64,000 nucleotides of DNA, from contig CAUWGC010000004.1 of assembly GCA_963558405.1 (NCBI GenBank), positions 1 through 64,000 of the forward strand, in the 5' to 3' direction. Position 1 is the stretch's first letter; every line of letters begins with the position of its first letter. The position numbers were made by a program, and so were the translations under genes. Positions 32,808 to 42,500 of this stretch are shown here, piece by piece. This stretch comes from an uncultured Clostridia bacterium (GTDB lineage Bacteria; Bacillota; Clostridia; TANB77; CAG-508). The notes below the pieces were generated by a model, which did not search any database, had not been told where the DNA came from, and saw nothing but the letters and a program-made list of their open reading frames with translations.

Positions 32808-33752
32808 ATGTTTACAAACTTAAGAATAAAAATAAGAGAATTCTTTAGAAAGTATAAATACATAATTATATTAGTAATTATTGGTTTTGCTATTGTTATT
32901 ACAGTAAATGAATTTTTTAAAGAATATAAAGCACCAGTTATTCCACAAACTTTATATAATCCCAATAAACCAATAATAAGTGAAGGTGAAGAAGTACCAC
33001 AAGAAGAACAAGAGCCAATACAAAAATTATTTGATGAATATATATCTTACTGTAATAAAAAAGAGTATGAAAATGCATATAATATGTTAAGCACAAAATG
33101 TAAGGAAGTAGTATATCCAACAATAGAAGATTACAAGAGGTACATAGATGCAGTATTTGATCAAAAAAAGATATACAATATTCAAAATATGTCAAATATA
33201 GATGAAGCATATATTTATCGTGTTAGGTATTTAAATGATATTTTAGCAACTGGACTTACAGAAGGTGAAGAAGTTTGGTATGATGAAGATATTGTTACAG
33301 TAGTAACAGAAAATGAACAAAAAAAATTAAATATACGTGAATACATAAAAACAGATGAATTAAACCGCGTATATGAAAATGAATACATGAAAATAGAAAT
33401 AGAAGATAGAGATGTACAATACGAAGCAGAAACTTATCATTTAAAGATTTCAAATCGTTCTGAATATATTATTGTGCTATCAGATTTTACAGAACCTAAT
33501 GAAGTAGTAATACAAGCTGGAGGAATGATATCATCTTATGAAAAAGAATATAACAACAAGATGGTAATTAAACCAGGACAAACAGGATATTATACTTTAA
33601 TGTTTGACAAGAGTTATGATTTATCATCAAAAACTCAAAGTATGAAATTTAATAAAGTAAGAATATTAAAATCATATACAGGAAAAGAAGAAACAAAAGA
33701 AGAGGAATTAAAAAATGCAGAAGCTGTATATAGCTTAGAAATTGATATATAA
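32808..33752 (+). CDS. Bitopic membrane protein, possibly NTF2-like (VirB8/TcpC-like)
   Basis: N-terminal TM; EYENAYNML segment. Confidence 0.55.
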   Translation: MFTNLRIKIREFFRKYKYIIILVIIGFAIVITVNEFFKEYKAPVIPQTLYNPNKPIISEGEEVPQEEQEPIQKLFDEYISYCNKKEYENAYNMLSTKCKEVVYPTIEDYKRYIDAVFDQKKIYNIQNMSNIDEAYIYRVRYLNDILATGLTEGEEVWYDEDIVTVVTENEQKKLNIREYIKTDELNRVYENEYMKIEIEDRDVQYEAETYHLKISNRSEYIIVLSDFTEPNEVVIQAGGMISSYEKEYNNKMVIKPGQTGYYTLMFDKSYDLSSKTQSMKFNKVRILKSYTGKEETKEEELKNAEAVYSLEIDI

Positions 33753-33766
33753 AGGATTGTGATAAT

Positions 33767-34957
33767 ATGCCAGCAAAAAAAGTAGCAGAAAAAGAAGTTG
33801 GTAAGTTAAAAAGGCCTTCTACAAAAATGGAAAAAGAAAAACTTATTCCAACTGTAATTTATTTAAATAAAAGTAATTGGGGATTTGAAGTATATGTAAA
33901 AGAAGGGAAATCAGAATTATATAATAAAAATGGAGAACAGATAGGAAAAAAAGAAGAAGATGGAACTATAACATTTAAAAAAGAATTTATAGATAAAATA
34001 AAAGGAACAAAAAATTCTGAATTACTTAGTATAGATGAAAATATTGAAGCTGGTATAATTCATGTAGAGAAGCCAAAAAAGAAAAAGGAAACAACTAAAA
34101 AAGAAAAAGACAAAAAGCCAGAAGTAAATGATAAAGAAAAAAATGTAGAAAAATTAGAAGAAGATATGGGACTTCAAAAAGGCGATGTTATAGCTTGCAC
34201 TAAAGTAGAAGATTTAGAAGAATTTTGCGATATTGTACCAAGTGCAAGAGAATATACTGCTATTCAATTAGCACACACTAAAAACGGTGAAATTGCTTTT
34301 TATGGATTAAATTTAGATGGAAAATACGAATTAGTAAATGGAACTAATATTGCACAGTCTACAACAAAAACTGTAAACAAAATAGGTAGAGACAATAAAA
34401 GTATACAAGAAGAAGCAATTACAGGACTAATAACATTAAATGGAGAAAATCATAATGAATATGCGTTTTCTGTAAATTATGATTTTCATGATTTAGAGTT
34501 AAATTTAATAAGATTACAAAGAGAAGCGGATATTTACAAAATTGGATTTGCTCAAGAAATAGAAACAGATATGCAAAGACCATCACATAGAGAAATGGAT
34601 GAAGTTATGAAAGAAGAATATAATCCATATATAGATGATGAAATAGATAGAGAACAAAAGGCTTCTAAAATAAAAGAAAACGTAGAACTTAATGATGTAA
34701 CAGAAAAGACAAATTTTGATGAAACTATGATTAAAAGTAGCATACTTATGGATACAATGGAACAAATAAAAGAAAAAAATATAGGACTTAGTGAAGTTAG
34801 AAGCTTTATAAGAGGACAAGTAATTGCTAGAATGGGGGCTGGATACGAAAGAATAGAGGATTTTACATCTGAAATAAAAGAAGAAATAGATATGGAGCTA
34901 GAACGAGAAGAAGAAGATTTTATTCCACCTTCATATAGAAAAGAAAGAAATTTATAA
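33767..34957 (+). CDS. Soluble hypothetical protein ending the T4SS-like operon
   Basis: Highly charged 396-aa ORF; hairpin at ~34988-35025 follows. Confidence 0.7.
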   Translation: MPAKKVAEKEVGKLKRPSTKMEKEKLIPTVIYLNKSNWGFEVYVKEGKSELYNKNGEQIGKKEEDGTITFKKEFIDKIKGTKNSELLSIDENIEAGIIHVEKPKKKKETTKKEKDKKPEVNDKEKNVEKLEEDMGLQKGDVIACTKVEDLEEFCDIVPSAREYTAIQLAHTKNGEIAFYGLNLDGKYELVNGTNIAQSTTKTVNKIGRDNKSIQEEAITGLITLNGENHNEYAFSVNYDFHDLELNLIRLQREADIYKIGFAQEIETDMQRPSHREMDEVMKEEYNPYIDDEIDREQKASKIKENVELNDVTEKTNFDETMIKSSILMDTMEQIKEKNIGLSEVRSFIRGQVIARMGAGYERIEDFTSEIKEEIDMELEREEEDFIPPSYRKERNL

Positions 34958-35043
34958 AAAAATTGAATAAATTTTCCAAAAATGGGTAAAATATATTTGT
35001 AGATATTACTACAAATATATTTTTTTTAGGAGGAATTCAAAAG

Positions 35044-35757
35044 ATGAGAAAAAAAGGTAAGATAATATTAAGTATTGTTATTTTTTTATTAATTATTTTT
35101 ACTAATATTACATATGGAAACCAAGATATTAAGGAAAATTTTGAAGAGGGAATAGTAACTGCTGAGCTGTTAAATATAAGGCAAGGACCAGACGAAAATC
35201 AAAGTATTATAGAAAAGTTACCTAAAAATACAAGTGTTAAAATAATTTCTAAAATAGATGATTGGTATATTGTTCAAACAGAAAGTAAAAAAGTAGGATG
35301 TGCTTTAGCAGAATATATACAAAAAAATACAATGTCAGAACTTGGTACAGAAACTCAAAATGGATTGACACAAATGACAGAAATGGAAACAAAAATATTA
35401 AATATGATAAATGAAAAAAGAAAAGAAAATAATCTAGTAGAGTTAACTATAGATGATGAACTTCAAAATGTAGCAAGATTAAAAGCTCAAGAAATGGTAG
35501 AAAAAGAATATTTTTCGCATACTTCTCCAGAATATGGTTCTCCATTTGAAATGATGAGCAAAATGGGAATTAGCTATAAAGTAGCAGGAGAAAATATAGC
35601 TGGAAATATAAGTGAGGAAGAAGCAGTAAAGGCGTGGATGTCGTCAGAAGGACATAAAGATAACATTTTAGATAATGGATATAATTTTACAGGAATAGGA
35701 ATTGCTAAAAGTCCTAAATATGGAAATGTTTTTGTACAAATGTTTATAGGAAGATAA
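35044..35757 (+). CDS. SH3b + CAP/SCP-domain secreted protein (YkwD-like)
   Basis: LNIRQGP SH3 motif; YFSHTSP.YGSPF, AGENIA, WMSSEGHKDNIL. Confidence 0.88.
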   Translation: MRKKGKIILSIVIFLLIIFTNITYGNQDIKENFEEGIVTAELLNIRQGPDENQSIIEKLPKNTSVKIISKIDDWYIVQTESKKVGCALAEYIQKNTMSELGTETQNGLTQMTEMETKILNMINEKRKENNLVELTIDDELQNVARLKAQEMVEKEYFSHTSPEYGSPFEMMSKMGISYKVAGENIAGNISEEEAVKAWMSSEGHKDNILDNGYNFTGIGIAKSPKYGNVFVQMFIGR

Positions 35758-35820
35758 AAATATAATTAAATTGTAATAAAATCACCTTTTATAAATATAA
35801 TATAAAAGGTGATTCTTTAT

Positions 35821-37074
35821 ATGAAAAAACAAAAAATAATATCATATATGTTAATTATGATTATAATATGTAATATGTTTTCATTAACTTCTTATGCAGA
35901 TGATATAGATGAAGAAGAAAATACAAAACCAGAAGAAATACAAAAAGAAGTTATAGAAACAGCAGGTAAAGTGATTGAAGAGCCTAAATTAAATGCAAGA
36001 TCTGCTATTATTTTTGATAGAGAAACAAAGACGGTACTATATGAAAAAAATAGTAAAGAAAAAAGACCAATGGCTTCTACTACTAAAATAATGACGGCAA
36101 TTGTAACATTAGAAAATGCAGATTTAAGTAAAATAGTAACAATATCAAGAAAAGCTGCAGGTACGGGTGGATCTACACTTGGTTTAAAAGTAAACGATAA
36201 AATAACATTAGAACATCTACTATATGGTTTAATGTTATGCTCAGGAAATGATAGTGCAGTAGCTATTGCAGAAACAGTAGGAGGAAGTGTAGAAGGATTT
36301 GCATCAATGATGAATAAAAAAGCAAAAGAGTTGGGATTAACAAATACAAATTTTGTTACACCACATGGTTTAGATAATAGTAATCATTATACTACGGCAT
36401 TAGAACTTGCTAAATTGACTGACTATGCATTAAAAAACAAAAAATTTGCATTAATTGTAAATACAAAAAATCATACAGTCTACATAAATGGATATCCTAA
36501 ACAGTTAAATAATACAAACGAATTATTAGGAAATATGGAAGGAGTAAATGGTGTAAAAACAGGTTTTACAAATGGAGCAGGAAGATGTTTAGTTACTTCT
36601 TGTACAAGAAACGATAAACAAATAATTACAGTTGTATTAGGAGACGATACTAAAAAAATGAGAACAACTGACAGTATAAAATTAATAGAATATGCTTTTC
36701 AAAATTTTGAGGATAAAAATATAGAGGAAATTGCAAATAAAGAATTTAATAACTGGAAAAATATTAATGAAGGAAGAATAAATGTTGAAAGAAAAAGTAA
36801 AAATAGTAAAATAGAAGTATGTATGGATGAGATTAATAATAAAATATTACCAGTGAGAAAAGATAAGGAAAACATAAAAATAGAAATAGATAGTAAAATG
36901 AATTTTGAGGCGCCAGTTGAAGAAAATAAAATAATTGGAACACTAAAAATTTTGATAGATGGAAAAGAAATTGAAAAAGTTAATATAAGAATAAAAAATA
37001 AAATAGAAAAAAAGGATTTATATGAATATTTTATAGAAATAATTAATAAATATGTTAATATAAAGATAATATAA
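35821..37074 (+). CDS. D-alanyl-D-alanine carboxypeptidase (S11, DacB/DacF-like)
   Basis: ASTTK (SxxK), SGN, KTG motifs; signal peptide. Confidence 0.92.
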   Translation: MKKQKIISYMLIMIIICNMFSLTSYADDIDEEENTKPEEIQKEVIETAGKVIEEPKLNARSAIIFDRETKTVLYEKNSKEKRPMASTTKIMTAIVTLENADLSKIVTISRKAAGTGGSTLGLKVNDKITLEHLLYGLMLCSGNDSAVAIAETVGGSVEGFASMMNKKAKELGLTNTNFVTPHGLDNSNHYTTALELAKLTDYALKNKKFALIVNTKNHTVYINGYPKQLNNTNELLGNMEGVNGVKTGFTNGAGRCLVTSCTRNDKQIITVVLGDDTKKMRTTDSIKLIEYAFQNFEDKNIEEIANKEFNNWKNINEGRINVERKSKNSKIEVCMDEINNKILPVRKDKENIKIEIDSKMNFEAPVEENKIIGTLKILIDGKEIEKVNIRIKNKIEKKDLYEYFIEIINKYVNIKII

Positions 37075-37137
37075 AAAATTGAATATAAAATAATATTATG
37101 TTATAGTAGTTATAATAAAAATAGTAAGGAATAAAAA

Positions 37138-37948
37138 ATGGGAAACAAAGAAGATTGGGAAGAAATAGAAAAGTATATTAATGATTATAAAGATAAGAAG
37201 TCAAAAGAATATAAAGGAATAGAAATTTCAGAAGAATTAAAAAAGATAGAAAATAAAAAAAATCCAAAGGTCAGGTTAGTATTAAATATATCTTCAAGGT
37301 TATCAAAATTGGTAATCTTGGTGGTAGTTATAATAGTTATATGTATTTTATATACAGTTTTATCGATGAACATTAGTAATATAAAAAATGCTACTAATGT
37401 AGATGTTATAGAAGCTATAGAATCAAGTAAGAAAATAGATATAACACTTATATCTAAAAACATAGATGAAAAAGAATATAAACGGAGAATACTTTTTTGA
37501 ACTAAAAAAATTTCCACAAATAAAGTTTAAATCTATAAAAAATTTTGGCTCTGAAATCAATGACTTTGAGGCTCAATTTCATAAATATTTGTTTGAAAAT
37601 TGGAATAGTGAGTATAAAAAAGAGTTTAAAATTGAAGAAAGAATAACAGAAAATGGATTATTAGAATATAATACATATATAGAAATTAAAACTTATGATG
37701 AATTAATAAAAGCAACAGAAATGATTATAGAATTTTTAAAATATGAAGAAAATTGGAATAAAGATAATGGTAATGTAATCAATGTTAAATGGAAAAAAGA
37801 AAATCAATTTACTATGCCATCTGGAAAAATGTACTTAGTAAATAATGATAAAAGGATTTATCCGTACACTTCATGGTTCCAAACTGAAGAGGAGATAAGA
37901 GAAAATGCCCAAAAAACGTATATAAATATTACAAATGAAGTGAAATAA
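37138..37948 (+). CDS. Hypothetical membrane-anchored protein, probably one gene across a +1 frame change at CGG 37483 (~269 aa)
   Basis: TAT AAA CGG AGA...TGA vs +1 GGA GAA TAC TTT; the second ORF has no evident SD. Confidence 0.6.
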
Positions 37949-37972
37949 ATAATATAAAATTTTAAAATTTCG

Positions 37973-38001
37973 TTGACATTTGCTATATTTTTTGGTATTA
38001 T
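37973..38001 (+). promoter_or_regulatory. SigA promoter of tRNA pair
   Basis: TTGACA-17 nt-TATTAT. Confidence 0.7.
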
Positions 38002-38028
38002 ATTAATGTTCCTAAAAAGAACATTGAT

Positions 38029-38104
38029 GCGGGAATAGCTCAGTTGATAGAGCGCTGCCTTGCCAAGGCAGAGGTCGCGGGTTTGAGCCCCGTTTCCCGC
38101 TCCA
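38029..38104 (+). tRNA. tRNA-Gly(GCC)
   Basis: Cloverleaf, acceptor GCGGGAA/TTCCCGC, anticodon loop TTGCCAA, encoded CCA. Confidence 0.96.
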
Positions 38105-38121
38105 ATTTTTTCTTGAAAAAT

Positions 38122-38195
38122 GGCGCTATAGCCAAGTGGTAAGGCACGAGTCTGCAAAACTCTGATCCCCGGTTCAAATCCGGGTGGCGCCTCCA
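38122..38195 (+). tRNA. tRNA-Cys(GCA)
   Basis: Cloverleaf, acceptor GGCGCTA/TGGCGCC, loop CTGCAAA, U73, CCA. Confidence 0.96.
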
Positions 38196-38334
38196 ATTTG
38201 AATAAGTTTAGACGGTTATCATAGTAAATTTAAAATATTACAGATAACCTATTTTTTGTAAATACTGAGAATTTTACATTACTTGAATAAAAAATGATAT
38301 TTGACATATTATAATTAATGTAGTATACTATATT

Positions 38335-38422
38335 TAGCTTATAAGCAAATTAATTTGATGTATAACATTTGTAAAATGTAACACAGAAAAAAGACTAACA
38401 GGGCAAAAAGTTAGTCTTTTTT
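38335..38422 (+). ncRNA. Candidate antitoxin sRNA
   Basis: TTGACA-17-TATACT promoter (38301-38329), no ORF, terminator ~38385-38422, blocks complementary to the 5' end of the convergent small ORF. Confidence 0.6.
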
Positions 38423-38462
38423 CAATATTAAAGACTAGGAGGGCAATCCTAGCCTTTTTTGT

Positions 38463-38531
38463 CTAATCATCTAATTCTTTTAATATTAAAAGAACAATGA
38501 TTAATGCAATCAATTTGATGTATTTTTTCAT
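38463..38531 (-). CDS. Candidate type I toxin, 22-aa hydrophobic peptide
   Basis: MKKYIKLIALIIVLLILKELDD*; SD AAAGGAGGTG; TTGAAT-17-TATATT promoter; terminator hairpin ~38430-38460. Confidence 0.62.
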   Translation of the reverse strand: MKKYIKLIALIIVLLILKELDD

Positions 38532-38823
38532 TTGTACGAGTAACACCTCCTTTCTAGCTTATTGCCGAAAGGCTATTTTAATATACAATATATTTACAGA
38601 TTATTCAATAAAATTTAAAAGTTTTTCAGTATTTATTTTAAATATCTTATATCACGTTGCAGTAAAATTGCAATAAATTTAAACAGTAGACGTTCGAAAC
38701 TATACAGAAATATATTTACATAATTATTTAAATATGTTAAAATATAAAAGTAAAATTTTTTTATTCTCCATTTTACAACAGGAGTTTACTATAAATAAAA
38801 ATTTATTTTGGGAGGAAAGTCTT

Positions 38824-39267
38824 ATGAAAGTAATTTTAATTATTCTCATTGTGTTGGTGTTTATCTATTTATTAGTTTCCTTTTGGGTAAAAGGAAATAA
38901 TTTGGGAAGATTATACATTTTCCGGGATTGTGCAATAAGTGCAATACAAATAACAAATATAATGTTAGATCTAATCAAAGAAGACGATATAGAAAAGAGC
39001 ATTTTGGAATTTTCTTCAAATCTAGAAATCTATATTGAAAATGAAGAAGAATTTGCAATGTTCAGAACTGAGAAACATGTTTTGATAATAGAAAAACCTA
39101 TAAACAAAAAAATTATTTTAAATCAATTAGAGATTATAATTAATGAATCATTAAAAGATTTTGAATATATAGATTCATTAATTTATGCCGATAATGAGTT
39201 ACGTACTTTAAAAAGAGAACTAGTGGACACATTAAACAAAGTGAGAGTAACAAGGTGGCAATTATAA
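38824..39267 (+). CDS. Hypothetical protein with N-terminal TM
   Basis: SD GGGAGG before ATG 38824; contains an in-frame CGG at 38923. Confidence 0.6.
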   Translation: MKVILIILIVLVFIYLLVSFWVKGNNLGRLYIFRDCAISAIQITNIMLDLIKEDDIEKSILEFSSNLEIYIENEEEFAMFRTEKHVLIIEKPINKKIILNQLEIIINESLKDFEYIDSLIYADNELRTLKRELVDTLNKVRVTRWQL

Positions 39268-39384
39268 GATGAAATAAAATAAAAGTAAAGATATTCTTAA
39301 AATGAATTTCTTTACTTTTATTTTAAGTTTATAGGAAAAAGTCTTAGGGAAATACGTTAAAAACATATAATTTTACATAATAGA

Positions 39385-39419
39385 TTGAAAAAAACGCAAA
39401 AATGTAATATAATTGTAAT
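39385..39419 (+). promoter_or_regulatory. SigA promoter overlapped by a TGTAAT-N5-TGTAAT box
   Basis: TTGAAA-17-TATAAT; direct repeat at 39403-39419. Confidence 0.5.
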
Positions 39420-39580
39420 GTAAGGTGTTTTTTGCATATTGCAACTTGTAAAATCTATTTCCGTAAAGGAAAGGAAAACACCTAAAAATCAATGAAAAAA
39501 ACTAGAAAAAAATGTTATTGACTTCTAAAAAAAAAAATACTAAAATAAGAAATAATATAGTATGGGAGGAAAGGATTCAT

Positions 39581-42500
39581 ATGAAAAAAATAAGAAAATC
39601 ATTTTTAAGTATAATTATAATAACATTATTCCTTCTTCTTTTCACAGGAATAACACAAAGCTATGCAGCAATAGCAAACCCACCAAAAAGATTTGGTGTT
39701 ATTAGTGTAAGACCAAATGCGGGTTATGGTTATTTAGTAAGTGGAAATGATAAGGTATGGAAAATAGTAGAATACAACGATGCAAGCAGTAATCCAGCAG
39801 TAATAGATTATAGTAGAACAATATATTGTTTAAAACAAGGATTAGGGTTTGGATCAGGAGGAATAAGACCATTACCAGAATATTATGATACATATTTTGA
39901 TATGAAAAAAGAATATGGAACAATGCCATCAAACTATAAGTCAATGTTACCACAAAGCTATAATGAAGTATTATGGCTATTAGATAATATATATGTAGCA
40001 GATGGAACAGAGTCAAGTAAACATGAAAGAGAAGCATTACTTGCAAAAGTATTTAAGGATGATTTAGAAGATACAGAACTATATCCACCATTTACAATGG
40101 AAGATATAGTATTAACAGATGATGACATGGATGTAGTGCAACAGTTAGCAGTATGGTACTTTACAAATCCAGAAAATGATTATTTAAAAAATGATGTAAA
40201 TTTATTCATAAGTTCAAACGAAATGGCACAACCAAATGAATTTAAAATACTTTCTGACCGAGAATTTGATGATGAAAATGGATATATAAGATTAGAGCAA
40301 GCAAATAAATATTTTAATTATTTAAAAGAGCAAGCAAAATTAAATGCATCAAATTATGGAAGTGGAGATATAAGAGAAGATAATAGAAGACCAATAGAAC
40401 TATCAAAAAATGGAATTACAGTAAAAGAAGAAAATGGAAAGTATATAATAGGGCCATATAAAATAGAAAAAGTAACAGAAGCAGATTATACATTAAATGC
40501 AAAATTTAAAAAAGGGACAGAATCAGGAGAAGACTTTACAAATTATACATTATTAGATAAAGAACAAAAACCAACATCAAAAACAATAAATGAGCTAGTA
40601 GGAGAAAACTTTTATATATCAGTACCAACAACAGAAGAATTAGAGACATTAGTATTTACAATAGATGTAGAATACTATGTAAGAGAATTACAATATTGGA
40701 CAGTAGGAGATGCACCATCAACAAATCAACCAATAGTAATAGTAAAAAGAATAAAGAAAAACTATTCAGACTCAGTATCAGTAACAATAAAACAACCAGA
40801 AAAGAATTTTGATATATCATTAAGAAAATTCATAACAACAGTAAATGATAAAGAACTAAAAGATGGACAGTCAAGATATTTAAGAGAACCAATAGTAGAT
40901 ATAAGTAAATTAAATACAATAGTAGATGGAAGATTAATAACAACAGCAGAATATAATCATCCAAAGACACCAGTATCAGTAAAAGCAGGAGATACAGTAG
41001 TATATACAATAAGAGTATATAACGAAGGAGAAGTAAATGGATATGCAAATGAAATAACAGACTATTTACCACCAGAGTTAGAATTCTTACCAGATGATCC
41101 ATTAAATAAACAATATGGATGGACATTAGATACAAATGATCTTTCTAACAGAACAGTAAAAACAAATTACTTATCAAAAGAAACAGAAGAAGTACCAGGA
41201 GAACATATTTTAAAAGCTTTTACAGGAAGTAATGATAGAGCTATACTTGAATTAGACTATAAAGATGTACAAATAAAATGTAAAGTTAAAAGTGTAAGTG
41301 AAGTCAACAAAAAAATAACAAATATAGCAGAAATAACAGAATATAAAGACGAAAGTGGAAACATAGCAACAGATCGAGATTCTACTCAAGATAATGTTAT
41401 AAGACCTTCAGATAGTGATTTACCAAATTATAAAGATAATGAAATAAACAGTGGAAAGCCATATATTCCAGGACAAGAAGATGACGATGATTTTGAAAAA
41501 TTAGTAATGCAAAGATTTGATATATCATTAAGAAAATTTATAACATCAGTAAATAATGAAGAATTGTTAAAAGAAGATGGAAGCTATATACGTGAACCAA
41601 TAGTTGATGTAACTCCATTAAAAGAAGGAACAGGGACAACAGCAATATATAAACATACAAAAATACCAGTAGAAGTAAAAGTAGGAGATATAGTAGTATA
41701 TACAATAAGAGTATATAATGAAGGAGAAGTATCAGGGTATGCAAATGAAATAATAGATCATTTACCACCAGAACTAGAATTTTTACCAAATGATGAATTA
41801 AATAAAGAGTATGGATGGGAATTGGATGCAAGTGATCCATCAAATAGGACAATAAAAACAAAATATTTATCATATGAAACAAATCAAAAAGATAATTTAA
41901 TAGATGCATATAATAAAGACACAATGCAAACATTAGATTATAAAGAAGTAAAAGTAAAGTGTGTAGTAAAAACAACACAAGAAACAGGTAAAAAAATAAC
42001 AAATATAGCAGAAATAACAGAATATAAAGATGAAAGTGGAAACATAGCAACAGATGTAGATTCAGACGCAGGAAATGTAGTATTACCAACAGATGAAAAT
42101 TTACCAAAATACAAAGATGATGAAATAAATAGTGGAAAAGAATACATACCAGGTCAAGAAGATGATGATGATTTTGAAAAATTAGTAATGAAGAAATTTG
42201 ATTTATCATTAAGAAAATTTATTACATCTGTAAATGGTAAAGAATTAATAGATGAAAATGGTAAATATATACGTGAACCAATAGTTGATGTGACTCCATT
42301 AAAAGAGGGAACAGGAACAACAGCTATATATAATCATACAAAGGTACCAGTAGGAGTTAAATCAGGAGATATTGTAATATACACAATAAGGGTATACAAC
42401 GAAGGACAGGTATCAGGATATGCAAATGAAATAGTAGATCATTTACCACCAGAACTTGAATTTATTATTAATGATGATTTAAATGCAAGTTATGGATGGA

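Noticed and set aside
37858-38196. 112-aa minus-strand ORF
   Set aside because: Antisense shadow of the two tRNA genes
38195-38300. Prophage or island integration at tRNA-Cys
   Set aside because: No integrase nearby and no duplicated tRNA 3' end found in the window
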